64,000 nt of DNA from Emiliania huxleyi CCMP1516 (taxonomy: Eukaryota), in assembly GCF_000372725.1 (NCBI RefSeq), contig NW_005201912.1:62001-126000 (forward strand), given 5' to 3'. Below are positions 11,142 to 23,207 of this stretch, one piece after another. Positions within the stretch are counted from its first letter, which is position 1, and every line of letters starts with the position of its first letter. The notes under the pieces were generated by a model. That model made no database searches. It was given only the letters and a program-made list of their open reading frames with translations, and was not told the DNA's origin. Made by a program: the position numbers and the translations under genes.

Positions 11142-12841
11142 GCCCAGGGCTGCCAGTCGCCAGCGGTAACCTCAAGGCGGAGGCGCGGCGCGAGGCTAAC
11201 CTCGGAAATGACACAGAAAGCTGTGCTGGCTCCTCCAAGTGCTCCTTCACAGCCATCTTGAGCACTTGAGCACTGGATAGGGTCGATTCCGCATGGTACG
11301 GGACCCCTCGATCGTCTCGCCCACCCTCACTGGAGTGTTCATTGGGGGGGGTCATAACAAACACGGTGCAGGATCGAGGTGCACGCTGCCGAAGCAGTGT
11401 CGTCCCCCCTCTCCCCGGCGGCGATGGCGGTGTGACCGATCGAGCTACAAGAGGAGCTTGTTCAGCAGGATCCGGGATAGTCAGATGCACTACCTCACTG
11501 GGCCTGAGACCACCGTACGACAGCATCCCGTCACCGTCTCGGATTTATGTGGGGTCGAACCACTCCGGGATGGGCAAGCCCATCAAGTCATTTTCGTCAA
11601 AGTAGAGCTCGAGCAAGATGTTCAGCCGCCCGCACGTCGTCCCCCGCACGCTGCCGGATCCAATATTGGTTGGGGACCCGTAGCATCATGCCCTTGGCCC
11701 GCGTGCGAGGCAATAATCCGACGTCCTGCTGGGTGCCGGCCTGAAGCATGTACCGCCATACAGCTGTATACGCGGCCCTGGGATGACACGTCTCATAGCG
11801 CCGAGTGCCGCTGGCGTGCGGCATCGGCGGAGCAACGTGCTGAGCACATCGGGAGAAACCCAGAAAGGCCCGCGCCAGAAGACGAGGCGCGGCCGTCCAA
11901 TGACCATCGCGGCAAAGGGGACTCAAAGGATGCCACTGCTGTCTCCACGCTTGGTGGCCAATCCCAGCAGTGCACCAACCTTCCGCCAGCCGCGAGGCTG
12001 TAAGCGGCCACATTGATCTGGCTGACCACGTGGTGAGCCCCCATCCCTAGCAGGTGAGACTGTTGTCCACGTACTTCAGCCGCCCCACCGCCGCGCGACC
12101 TCCCCGCGGCGATGCCCACCTTGCCCTCGTATTTGTCGAAGAGCAGCAGCGCTGGGGATCTTCTGGTTAATTGTCAAAATTCCTGTCGTGCAGGAGGGGA
12201 GGGGGCTCTGACGGAGTGCGAGGCGGGAGAGGGCAGGGAATGGGCGCGGGGGAGGGGGGGGGGGGGGGGGCTCAGCCGTGCAAAAAGCATCAATTAATAA
12301 TAGTAAGGAAGACATATTGCCAGGCCGTTCATGAATTCCGTCTCGATTTTGGTTTTTTCCCCACAGACCACTCGGGCAACTTTTACGAAAGGCAAAGTTT
12401 TACTTGACCATTCGGGCAGATTCGATTGCATTTTACCGCTCGGGCAAACTCGATGAAACGGGCGGACGGAAAAGCGCGTTTGCGACGGCTCGCCGGAGCT
12501 ATGCATGGAGCGGCCGGTGCGCCGCCGCAGCTCACCGATGGAGCCTGCGTCGCGGCTCAATCCACTGACGCAGCAGCACCGCGACACACTCTCCAAGCAC
12601 GGCCGCTGGCGTTGCGATTGCACAGAGAGCGAGCAATAGGCGCCAAAAGCACAGATCTGTGTGCAGTGGATCTCCATGTCGGTCGCGCCCAGCGAGAGGA
12701 CAACCGCGGGCCACGGATGCTCGCCTGGACGCGAGCCCACCGTGCGAGTTGCGGACCCGGAGGCGGCCGGCCCAGCTCACCCCCAGAGAGGCATGTCCAG
12801 GGTCAGGCATAAAAAAGGGGGGGGTGTTTTCCGTCCGTCCA

Positions 12842-13215
12842 CAGCCATCTTACCTAAGGATGGCTGAGCTAGCTGCAGTGCAGCCATAGCCTCCAGCCCG
12901 ATGGCTGCAACGCACACACGGCAGCCATCCTTAGTAGACATGGCTGGAGACTCACTACCGCAGCCACATTCCCGCCTCGAGGTGAGCCCTCTTGGCTGAG
13001 CTGGCTACATCGTAGCCATCTTGGGAAAGATGGCTGGGGGACAGCAATTTCAGCCATTTCAGCCATCTACTATGGCTGCGTCATAGAGATGCCATCCTCC
13101 AGAGCCATGGCTGGTGGTAATTCGATGGCAGCCGATGGCAGCCGTCCCGCGAGGCCGGGGGCGACAAGCGCGCAGCCATTTGTGCGTGTGGCGGGGGAGG
13201 CGGACGGCTGCCATC
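12842..13215. repeat. Array of CAGCCAT-N10-13-ATGGCTG inverted-repeat units
   Basis: Left arms at 12842, 12881, 12922, 12961 (variant), 13013 (variant), 13051 and 13060, with matching ATGGCTG arms and non-conserved spacers. Confidence 0.8.
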
Positions 13216-13581
13216 GAATTATCACAAGAATTCGGTTGGGGAACAAGAATTCGGTGCAACTTTGAGGATGCAGAGTGAGTCCAAGTGCCTCATGGCATGG
13301 GCCGGGATGCCGGCCGTGCCATGAGAGCTTGTCCGGTGTGCTCCGGGGCACGGCACGGTGGTCGGTGGACGAGTTTGCGTGTTCCCCAATCCGTGACAAA
13401 GTGCAAATGAACGTTTTACATTTTGTCACGCTGGCGAGTCAGCTAGGTATATAGAACAAGCCATGACTTTTTCATCATGGTTCATGGGTATCACGACTGC
13501 CAAAATTAAGAATTAAGATTTTTCACGTGATGCTGATGGTTCTGGTCCTCAGTGTCCTCTGGCGAGGTTTGGACACTTTTA

Positions 13582-14879
13582 CTAGTGCGGTTCTGCCTTC
13601 TCTGCTGCGCACTGGGTAGGCTCGGATGCGTTGTTGCACACGCTGCGCGTGTACGCGACCCCGCCCGGCACGACATTTGGCCGCGCTCGCTCGTCCGACG
13701 CCGACATCGACACCATGCACCAGACCACGCTCGCGTTCCGCGTCGCGACCTCGCGATGGGCTTTCTGGCGAGGGCCTTGTGCCGGATGCGGAGAGCCCGC
13801 CACCCCCACCCGGGCGGCCGCCCTGTCCGCCGACCCGGCCGCGCGCGCGAGCAGCCCCGCCTGAGCGCACGCTCGCCACGTGTCCTCGGTGCGTCGGCAT
13901 TCAAAATCGAGGCCGACATTGTTGGCAGTGCACGTGAGCCCCCTCGAGCGCTCAAGCATACCGCTTGGCAGCTCCCTCACCACGCAAGCCGCCCATGCAA
14001 AGTGGTCTGCCCAATCCTTCGCGCCGTGCATTATGGCGAGGTTGCCAGCACGCAGGAACTTCTCCGAGCTCCGCGAGCGCCAAAAGTGGACGCGTGCAGT
14101 CGAGGAGATGTCCACGTATGCAATCGGCGTGGCCGGGCCAAGCGACGCGAGGATGTACCCCAGCCCACCGTCGGTCGCAGGCATGCATTTGCGTGCGGCG
14201 CGCGACGCGCCGAGGAATTTCTGCAGCCGAATCAGCCGCGGCTCGGTCGTGAGCTGAGCGACGATCGCGGCGACAATCGCGCTGCCGAGGCCCATACAAA
14301 AGCCGAGGGGAAAGGCAAACGGGCCCTGCCGCGTCGCCGGCGCGTCCACGGTGCGCCGCAATTGCCATTCCTGCATGAGCCGACCGACGACCACGTCTGG
14401 CGTGTTGCCATAGCCATAGTGCTGCATCCGGCGCTCGTCCCACCCGGCCGCCCACGCAGAATGCCGTATACAAGGTTGGGATTCCAGCCCCACTCGGCAA
14501 TATCAAGAGCCAACCGCTGTGGATGTATGAACGCGTCATCGTCCGAGAGCACCATCGCCTCGAACCGCCGCGTGGCTGCGTGCTGAATGGCGGCGATGAC
14601 CTTGCCAAGGCAAGTGGCGCCTGCATCGAGGCGCAGTACGTCGCCACGCCGCTGCTCCAGGCGTAGGTCGTCGCTCGTCGGCGCGGCTCTGTCGAAGACG
14701 TACCAGAGCCGGATCGATCGCAGCATGTCCACTTGCAGGAAGCCACGCTGTAGGCCGAGCGCGGCGAGGGTTGTGCGCTGCATGCAGCGGTAGCGGTGGT
14801 GCAGAGGCGCGTCAACGGAGAGCACGTAGAGCAGCGTGCGATGAGGGCGAGGCTGCAGGTGAGGGCCTGCTTCGTGCAT
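13582..14879 (-). pseudogene. GT31 (galactosyltransferase)-like glycosyltransferase, 1-nt frameshift near 14455 (pseudogene or sequencing error)
   Basis: GKV...VLSDDDAFIHPQRL...LVYG in one frame continues as WAAGWD...GPFAFPLG...DGGLG...IMHGAK in another. In-frame stop just upstream of 14879. Confidence 0.6.
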
Positions 14880-15285
14880 CGCCAGGTATTCAGGCTTGCG
14901 CTGCGGGCGCTTCAGGCTTGCGCTACGTCACATTCACCGTACCGGATGTGTTGTGCACACACGTCGGGCTGAGTGCAGCGTCCCGATGGCCTCAGTTCAC
15001 AGCCTTGTTATTGAGAAGAAATACGTCCCGAAAACAAGGTCTGTGTGCGCGAAGAGCCCCACACGTACAGCCATGGCACAGCCCCTCGCGACCCTCGAGT
15101 TAGAGCATCCGATTTCAATCAACAACATTGTACATTTTAAACATTTTGCACGCACTTCGAAGCGCTCGGCTTTCCATCTACATCTACTAATCGGCAACAA
15201 AATCTGCAATTAACACATCGCTGTTCTCGCATCGAGCCCGCTGTGTCACCCTGGCGACTTCCCATGCCGGGGAGCGGGGTTCGCC

Positions 15286-16268
15286 TCACAGTGTGACGTC
15301 AGCAGAGATCATCACGTGTCCTTCCGGCCAGTGCTGGGTCGCGTTTCGGCTCGGATTCGTAACGGTGCCGCCGCCGCACATTGCGATGCGGTCGTAAAAG
15401 TAGCCGTTGTCAGTCTCGATGTTCATGAAGGGATCCGCGTCGCACTTTCTTGCAGGATTTGTGAGCTGCTTGGCCTTCTTCATCGAGATCGTTTGACCGG
15501 AACCGTTGATATTCGAGTCAACGACGTACAGGATCTCCCCGTCATCTGGGCAGGCGCTGGTGTCGACACCTTGCGGGTCATTGTCAAAGTTGTGCGAGAA
15601 CGTACCTGCAAGGCAACAGGCAGAGGGCCACTCAGCTACATGCGCGGGCCAGGGGACGCGCCGCGGCGGCGCTAACCGATGGCCAGGCAAAACTTCTTTC
15701 CAGTGAGCCTGTGCGTGAGGGGGATCATGCCGCCCGGGCGGGTGTCGTGAGGTCTGCATGGAACCGAGCACGAGTTCTTTGACACGTCGTTGGGGTTGAT
15801 GTTGTCAAAGTAAGGAAGGTTGCCGTCAGTGTAAGCGTTGTCTGCAAGGATGCTGTTATCGATCGTGAAAGTATTTTTGTTGATGAAGGCGACAACTGGG
15901 TCCGCAAACGAACCGCAGACGCACACGAAGCCGACGCCCTCGAAATGAGCGGGGTCCGGCTTGGGCACCTTGGGCGCCTCCACCTCGTTCATCACGAGAA
16001 TCTCTGCGCCGGTCTCAATCGCCCACTTCATCGCAGGCTTGATCTTGTCCGCACATCCCGGGGTGTGCGGACCGGGACCGTCCGGCTTACATTGGTAGTG
16101 GGGCTTGATGTTGTACACTCTGAACGAGTTGCCTGCTGCTGGCGCAGCGCGGCCGTGCTCGATCTCGAGGTTGTGGCTCTCGGCCATGGGAACCGGCACG
16201 GCCGTGGGAACTGGCACAGCCGTGGCGAGCACAAGGCCAACCAGTGTCACTACGCGAGACATCTGCAT
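15286..16268 (-). CDS. Secreted endonuclease/exonuclease/phosphatase (EEP)-fold protein, 2 exons (intron 15606-15676, GT-AG)
   Basis: Signal peptide MSRVVTLVGLVLATA. Ordered EEP-like motifs: RVYNI, ILVMNEV, TFSHN, YVVDSN, FYDRI, EGHVMISADVTL. Confidence 0.6.
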
Positions 16269-16626
16269 CGTCGCTGGTGACGGTGGTAGGCAGAGGCGAG
16301 GAGCCGATCAAATTGCTGCAAATGCGCGCGAACTCCTTTCAGGACTCTGAAATCCGGCGCAGAAAGAACAAGGGAGGGCAGCCGCTGAGCCCCTCCTCTG
16401 TGTGACCCCCCCACCCCCCCCCACCTCCCCCTCCGTTGCTTATCTGTTGCCTCGCTCGTCTCACGAAACAGGTGGTCGCGCCGCTCTCCTCGCTCGATCG
16501 ACGTCGCCGCCGCCGTCGCCGTCACAGCCGCCGCCTTTGGTTGGGTTTGGCGCGAAAGCGAGAGGTGGAGCCCGTTCATGCGGGGCTGCGCGTGAGCTCT
16601 GCCTCTAGTGAGCCCTGCGCGTCGCG

Positions 16627-16735
16627 ACATGCACATGCACATGCACATGCACATGCACACGCACATGCACATGCACATGCACATGCACATGCACAACAAC
16701 AACAAACATGTACATGTACAGTTGTGCATGCATCG
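16627..16735. repeat. (CACATG)n microsatellite
   Basis: Direct hexamer repeats. Confidence 0.95.
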
Positions 16736-16849
16736 CCCTAAATCCCATCGCATTGCATTGGCAGGTTGTGCTCACGCGTGTGTGCCACTTGGTGTGCGTT
16801 CTGCGTTTGACCAGTGGGGGCTCCAGTCCTGATCTCTGAATGGGGATGG

Positions 16850-17560
16850 TAGAGCCGTACGAGGGTTGGCCCCACCTTGCTCCACCACCTCTCGGTGTGC
16901 GGGGAGTACGGCTCTTCACCACCGGCGGCCCCACGACGGCGTCCTCGCCGCCTGGGCGGACGCGATGCGCGCCCCGGCCAACGCGCCGGTCGTGCACGGC
17001 GACAAGGAGAAACCAGAGCTCACCCGGCAGTACTACCTCGCAGAACCCCACGCTGGGTCGGGAGGATGCGATGAAGTGAATGAAATCAAGCTCTGGACGG
17101 CACGCCCCTCCTCAAGACCTCCTCGACGGGCGCTGGCAACGCCTGGCACGCCCGCCTCCATGGGCAGTCCGTGGGCCACTCCTACGCCTTCGGCAACACC
17201 GAGGAGAGAAGGCCCGCCGCCTAAACATGGGTTGCAAGGCGCGCGCGGGCAGCCCGGCCAACCCTTCTCCCACAAGAACGGCCACGCTCGGCTACGTCAA
17301 GGCGCATCGCGGTTTCTACCACGACGCGATCTTTGTCAAGCGCAACAACTTCAACCTGCTGCTCCACGGAGACGTTCGGTGGCGGCTTCTCGCCCACCGC
17401 CGTTCTCAAGCTGCGCCGCCTCGCGCGCAAGGTCGCGCGCGGCAGCGTCGACCGCACGGCCTACTCGCCCAAGTACTCGCTCTCTTTTATGTCCCACCAT
17501 GCAGAGCGCATCTCTCTCTCTGTTGTGCGAGGCGTGAATGAACCGACCGCGCCATTCGCT
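16850..17560 (+). mobile_element. Degenerate 3' portion of RLE-type (CRE-like) non-LTR retrotransposon ORF
   Basis: Frameshifted pieces: HLSVCGEYG / HDGVLAAWADAM (zinc-knuckle region), LLLH-ETFGGGFSPTAVLKLRRLARK...DRTAY...SFMSHHAERISLSVVRG (typical RLE C-terminus). Related to 24700-25003. Confidence 0.6.
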
Positions 17561-17833
17561 CTCACCTGCCTGGCAACCCTGTCTGCACGTCTCGCGCGCG
17601 CGTGAACAGGGCTCCAGGCCCCAAATGACGTGTGAGTGTTAGAGTTGTTTGGTATTGCTAAAAATCTCTCTCTCTACCCACCCCGCCAGCCGCGCAGTCG
17701 CCCACCCGCGCACACGGCGGGTCCCCAAGGGGCGGCGAACAGAGCTGCGACTGGACGACTGCCAGGCGCGGCTCCGAGGAGCCGCTGAAGCCGAGGCCGA
17801 GCTTGCCGGCCAGGATCGACCCGGCCGCCAGCT

Positions 17834-18821
17834 ATGCGAGGAAGCCAGCACGGCACTGTGGTTCTCCTCGTCTCCACGACGGCGCTACTTTCCACCATCT
17901 CGGCGACGCTCTCGACTCTCGTCGATCCGCGGACGGGCGCCTTCCCTTGCTTTGGGCCGCCGGCATCCGTCGACGCCGCCGCTGGCGGAGAGCTGTCGAG
18001 CCCGTTCACCGAGCTGCACGCCTACCCGGAGGAGGCGGAGAAGGAGGGGTGGGGCGTCGAGCAGCTGACGCCGCCCGCCGCGTGGTCGTACCACACCATC
18101 AGCCTCAGCCTGCTCGCGGCGTCGACAGCAATGAGCGCGGCGCTCCCGGTCATGTCGCCGCCGGCGGCGGTGTGCTCTGCGGCGGTTCTGTGCCTCGTCG
18201 ACCCCGTCTGGCTCGGCTTGCACCTCTCCTTCCTCCACCACCGCTCCCAAACCACCTGCTGGCAGCGCAACCCCATCAACATCACGTTTGTGCGGGAGGA
18301 CACGGCAATCATGCTGCCGAGCGGGCAAGTCATTGACCTCTCCGACCAGCGCCTTCAAGGCGGGCCTCTGATCGGGCGCGGCCCGCTGCTCTGGGCGGTC
18401 CTGCACCTCCAGCGCCGCTTCGACCCGCTCGAGCGCGCCTGCGTCGCCCTCGAGTCTGCCCTCGCCGCCTTTGCGGTCTGCGCTATCGTGCACCTCTGCA
18501 CCTTTGCGCTGATGCACGAGAAGCGCGCGCAGACGTGCGAGGTCGACTCGGTGCTTCGGCGGCTGCCCGTCATGACCTTCGCGCAGGTGTGACCTCTCGC
18601 ACACGCACGCACGCGCGCACGCACAAACTCAAACGCACAGCAGCAGCAGCAACCTGCAAACGTAGCATCAACAACCAGCAAACTGCCTCAGGCGACCGCG
18701 CAGCACAGCGGCCGATCTCGCGGCGTCGCGGAGACAGCGCGCGACATGCGGTTGCTTAGCCAGGCGGCGAGGGGAGCTGCGAGCAGCTCGGACAGAGGCG
18801 GCGGTGGTGGCGGCGGCGGCG

Positions 18822-18861
<40 letters not shown>

Positions 18862-19502
18862 CGAGGGCGGCAGCGGCGACCGGGGTGGGGGCGGAGACCG
18901 AGGTGGGGGTGGCGAGGGCGAGAGAGACGACGGGAGCGAGGGTGCCCCCCCCCTACCGCCCTTGAATCTATAAGGGCCTCGTGTGTGGTGAGGCATCCAC
19001 TACTTCGGCGGTGTGGCCGGGACTCCGGCCGCGTATAGGAGCCCCCCCTGAGGAGGTTTCGAGAAAACAACATCCCGGTTTTGGCCCCCCCCCCCCCCCC
19101 CCAATTTGGGGGTTTTCTTAAAAGGGGGGGGGTTTCCCTTGAAAAAACATCCTTAACCCCCTTCTTCCCCTTAGGAAAGGGGGTCCCCCCGGGACCCCCC
19201 CCAATATCCCCGGGATTCCCAGGGGACCCCAAGAAGATCCGAGGATTTTAAGAAAATTTCCCCCAGCTTGTCTTTTAGGGGGGAAAGGTGCCCCTCCCCC
19301 CACCGCGTGGGCCCACGGGTCGCCCTCCGGTCCCGCCCCCCGGCTCCGCAATCCTGTCCCGCCCCTCTGATGCCGCCGTGCCGCCGACACACACGCGTAG
19401 GTGCAGCACACGAAGCTCGACGCCACATGCCCGCTCTGCAAGGCGCCTCTGCTTCTCGAGCGCCGCCGCTGGCCAGGCGGCGGCGACACCGAGATGGTCT
19501 GA
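17834..19502 (+). CDS. Membrane-anchored RING-type E3 ligase-like protein (multi-exon; RING core falls in low-quality sequence)
   Basis: Hydrophobic segments, then LRRLPVMTFAQ, an intron at ~18588-18691, a Gly-rich linker and a last exon VQHTKLDATCPLCKAPLL..., stop at 19500-19502. Confidence 0.5.
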
Positions 19503-19803
19503 TGGTCTAGCAGCGCAGGCGGCCGCCGGGACTCGGCGCTTGCGCCGCCGCCCCGTCTCGCCTTGCCCCCCGCATCACGGGCATATGGCCAGTAGTCGTT
19601 TGCGATGGGTCGCTGGCAGCAGTCCCCTCTCGATCCTCTGCGCATGTACCTCTTTACATTTCCCCCCGTCACGGCGCGACTCGTCTCGCGTCGTCTGGTG
19701 TACTTGCACTTCGTATACTCAATAAAAATGATCCGCCCCCCCTTCAGGAGCAGAGAGGGATGGACATGGAGCTTGGAGGCCCACCTCTCGAATCACACTC
19801 GAA

Positions 19804-21057
19804 TCAGCCGCTGCACTCGCCCCACACCGCGTCCAACGCGCGAGCGACGTCGCTCGCGTTGACAAGCGTCCGCGAGCTGCTCGACGTGGCCTCGAAGAGA
19901 ACGTGGTGGAAGTTCACCCACGGCGCGCCTCCAAAGTACGTGAATACCGACTTTCGGAACGGGCAGCCTGCCTGCACCCTCGAGCTGCGCGCGCCGCAGA
20001 CGAACTCGACGACGTGAGGTAGGGTGCAGGGTGAGCCGGTGAGCCGCGGTGCCGCCGGTGAGGGTGCCCCGCCGTCAGCCCAGCGCGCGCTGCTCGGCTG
20101 CATCCACACCACATTCATCATGCCCCCGCCGTGCGCGCCGACCACAACGCTCGCCCTGGAGAATGTGCGAAACTGATCAGCGAACGTCTCGCCTCGTCCG
20201 GTGAAGGTCACGAGGGTCTCGGCTCGTGCATGAGCACGCATCCTCTCTCGGATGGTGCTGAGCACCAGCGCCTCATTCGCAAATGGCAGACGGCGCCGGC
20301 TGAGGTCCGCTCGCGAGTAGTACACAACAAGCTGGCCGGCACGTGGCGGCGTACCGACGGGACGCACGCGCGAGATCATACTCGCCGTCCTACGGTGCAA
20401 GCTCGGCAGCCGCAGGCTGTTTGGCGACGGCACCCTGGGCGCTGCGAGGTGGAGGACGCCCGAGTCGACGCAGGCGACGGCGCCCAGCCGGACCCAGAGA
20501 ATGCGCCGCCCGGTGAGTAGCGACGCGTCGAGCCACTGTAGGAAGCGGAATGTCATGCTCGCCTCCGGTAGGTCAGTCCTATAGCCGACTACCACCGGCG
20601 TGCCAGGGCTTCCCACGTCCTGGAGCCACTGAATCAATGGCATGTGGTCAGGCATGAAGTGCCCATGGTGGAAGCCAGTGAACCAAGAAGTGTACAGGGA
20701 CGCCGGTCCGCTGATGTGCACCGCGCAGGGCGCACGTCTTAGTCGAGTCTCGGGCGGTGCCCACCACGGCGTCGCAATCAGAGGCGCAGCGCCGCCTCCA
20801 CTCCTCCACACAAACGCATTGAAGCGCAACCCGGTGAGCTGCAAGGGGAGGTAGAATCTCGCCTTGTTGATGCTAAGCATGCTCACAGGCGCTCCGGTGG
20901 GCTCATCAAGTCGTCTCCACGTGAGGAGGAGGTCGCGATGGAAGGCGGCATGCGCACACTGCTCGGCTGCATCGCCTGTGTGCAAGCTTGGAAGGCGCAC
21001 GGGATTGCTGCCATTTGTTCGCGTATCTCTGCGGTTGCTGTGCCGAATGGCGTGCAT
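19804..21057 (-). CDS. GT61/DUF563-like glycosyltransferase, intronless
   Basis: HHGHFMPD, VVYYSR...RRRL..NE, TFADQFRTFSRASVVVGAHGGGMMNVVWM, VVEF. Confidence 0.8.
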   Translation of the reverse strand: MHAIRHSNRRDTRTNGSNPVRLPSLHTGDAAEQCAHAAFHRDLLLTWRRLDEPTGAPVSMLSINKARFYLPLQLTGLRFNAFVWRSGGGAAPLIATPWWAPPETRLRRAPCAVHISGPASLYTSWFTGFHHGHFMPDHMPLIQWLQDVGSPGTPVVVGYRTDLPEASMTFRFLQWLDASLLTGRRILWVRLGAVACVDSGVLHLAAPRVPSPNSLRLPSLHRRTASMISRVRPVGTPPRAGQLVVYYSRADLSRRRLPFANEALVLSTIRERMRAHARAETLVTFTGRGETFADQFRTFSRASVVVGAHGGGMMNVVWMQPSSARWADGGAPSPAAPRLTGSPCTLPHVVEFVCGARSSRVQAGCPFRKSVFTYFGGAPWVNFHHVLFEATSSSSRTLVNASDVARALDAVWGECSG

Positions 21058-21496
21058 CGAGTGGCCTCACTTCAGCAAGTACGGCAGCTCGAGCGCCTTC
21101 CATGCAAACCGCGAGGGACGGGCGGGCGGGGGGGGGGCGGGGGCCGGCTTTGTATGTGTGTGTGAGTGAAGGAAGAAACACGAGGCGCAAACACATTTTC
21201 CCACACCGTCCGTGGTGTGGTTTGGTCGCCCCACACAGATCCGGTTCTGGCTGGCGAGCCCCACTCTGCACCACGTCACTCGCCACGTTGCAAAGCGCGC
21301 GCTCCAAGCCCGGCCTCAGCCAGCCCCCCCCACAAGTGTGCCACAGCCCGACGGCCGGGCGCTTCAAACCGCGCGGGAGTGGTCGGGCACGGAGACGAGC
21401 GAGACAGTCTCGCCCTTCTCCTTCACGACGACCAGCACGCCGCCGCCGGCATGCCTACAAAAGGAGTGCAGAGGTAGGGCGACAACAACACGCATG

Positions 21497-23029
21497 TCAC
21501 CACGATGTGACCGTGTGTTCTCGTCGAGGCAGCAACGCATTCCGCATGGTTTCAGTGCTCCGCCCTGCTGCGTGGCATCTAGCGGCGCGCCGCTCGGCCG
21601 CCACCCACACGGCGACGCTCACAAAGGCGAGGAAGACGCCGGCAGTGAAGTAGCCCGCGCCCGGCATGGTATCGAAGATGGTGGCGGTCCGCCCCTTGGC
21701 AAAGGCGCGCAGGTCTGGCGGCGTGATGCACTCGGGCTGCACCGCTTGCCGCACGAGGCGGGTGAAGGTCGAGAGCGGGCAGAGGAGGGGCGCGTGCGGG
21801 TCGTCCTCCGCCTTGGTGCTGCAGCCGGGGATGGTGACGGGGACGCGGCTCGGGGTGGTCGCCGGGTCGTCGTCCGACAGCACCGTCAGCTCGCGGATCT
21901 GCAGCGGCGTCTGGATGTCAAAGTAGAGCGCGATCTGCCACTCGTCCAGCGGATTCGCGGGGTTGGCCGGCCCAAAGGCCTCAAAGACGAGCGCGCCGCC
22001 GGGCGGCGTGTGGTTGGGCTGGTAGCCGTGGGAGAGCCACTTGAGCCCGAGCAGCTCGGCGAGGTAGAGCAGGTTGGTGTCGTGAGCCGCGTAGTAGACC
22101 AGGCGCGGCGACGGGTCGTGCGCCAGCGCCGGCTCGCGCTGGCCGCTCTCCCACTGGGTGAGCGAGGCGGCGATGTGGGAGAGGAGGGCGGAGCCAAAGG
22201 GGCGCGCTGCGAGCAGGTCGAACTCAAAGGCGCGGTACTGCGTCACAAAGGCGGAGAACTCCATCACCTCCTCCACCGATAGCTTGCCCCACGCAAAGTC
22301 CATCCCGTTGAGCATCGTGAGCTCGATCCACTCTGCAAAGTACTTGCCCGCATAGATGGGGCCCGAGAAGGTGGTGTACCAGTGCGCGGGGTCCCACGAG
22401 CCAGGGAGGTCCTCGAGGCTGCAGCTCTCCATCCCGGCCGGGCACAGCGACTTTGCGCAGCAGCCGAGGAGCTCCGACAGCTTGGCCAGCAGCGGCTTGT
22501 ACAGCCGCAGGTACCCGTCCACGCTGCCGCCGACGCGGCCCTCGACCTGCGCCTGCGTGCCGAGCGCGCACTGGCCGTTCTCTCCGCGCGGCTTCGAGCC
22601 CTGGTCGATGAGGTACTCGACGCCCTCTGAGTGCAGCGGCGGGAGCGCGCAGCCGAGCCCCTTGAAGAAGGCCTCTGCCGTCTTCTCGTCGCGGGGCATG
22701 TTCTCCTCGCAATACACAAAGGCGGCGCCGTCGGCGCAGCCGCCGTCGGCGGCGGAGAGGAGCGAGGCGTAGCGCCCCGACTGATAGGCGCCCATCCGCT
22801 GCACCGCGGCGTACCCGTGCTGAGTGAGCACGCCCATGCCCTCGCCGCCCGCGCCCCACGCCTCGTCCGACGTGTCAAAATGCTTGCCGGGCGCGTAGAG
22901 CGAGAAGTTGAAGGCGGAGCTGGGGAACTGGCGGCGGACGCCGTGACGCGAGACGATGATGGCGCGGTCGGGGACAGCGGCGGCGGTCGCGGCCGCGACG
23001 GAAGCTGCGCCGAGGGGCAAGTGTAACAT
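21497..23029 (-). CDS. Histidine acid phosphatase (AppA/Agp phytase / glucose-1-phosphatase-like), signal peptide plus C-terminal TM anchor, intronless
   Basis: IIVSRHGVR, GVLTQHG, LVYYAAHDTNL, TPPGGALVFE; C-terminal GYFTAGVFLAFVSVAVWVAA. Confidence 0.9.
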   Translation of the reverse strand: MLHLPLGAASVAAATAAAVPDRAIIVSRHGVRRQFPSSAFNFSLYAPGKHFDTSDEAWGAGGEGMGVLTQHGYAAVQRMGAYQSGRYASLLSAADGGCADGAAFVYCEENMPRDEKTAEAFFKGLGCALPPLHSEGVEYLIDQGSKPRGENGQCALGTQAQVEGRVGGSVDGYLRLYKPLLAKLSELLGCCAKSLCPAGMESCSLEDLPGSWDPAHWYTTFSGPIYAGKYFAEWIELTMLNGMDFAWGKLSVEEVMEFSAFVTQYRAFEFDLLAARPFGSALLSHIAASLTQWESGQREPALAHDPSPRLVYYAAHDTNLLYLAELLGLKWLSHGYQPNHTPPGGALVFEAFGPANPANPLDEWQIALYFDIQTPLQIRELTVLSDDDPATTPSRVPVTIPGCSTKAEDDPHAPLLCPLSTFTRLVRQAVQPECITPPDLRAFAKGRTATIFDTMPGAGYFTAGVFLAFVSVAVWVAAERRAARCHAAGRSTETMRNALLPRREHTVTSW

Positions 23030-23206
23030 TGTTGTGCTGTGCGTATAACGTCTCGTGGGCTTTTTACCGTTTCCGGCGGTAATAATGTTTGTCACGTGAA
23101 GTTTTAGGTTTGTTGTTGGCAGTGACGTAGTGGCGGCGCTCCAAGAGTGGTGCTCTTGGGAAGAGGTTCCTCCTTTCCGCTCCCCCCCTGCAACTGCAAG
23201 GCGCGA

Positions 23207-23207
<1 letters not shown>

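Noticed and set aside
11293..12120. YGGLRPSEVVHL as a tyrosine-recombinase box I
   Set aside because: No HxxR or Tyr motif downstream and the frames are broken; at best an unidentifiable relic.
12842..13080. CRISPR array
   Set aside because: Only 7-bp arms are conserved, there is no full-length repeat, no cas genes, and the context is eukaryotic.
19050..19340. Odd homopolymer-rich low-GC segment as a foreign insert
   Set aside because: Pattern typical of low-quality read ends; similar stretches at 24480-24720, 27050-27170, 47040-47130 and 48590-48750.
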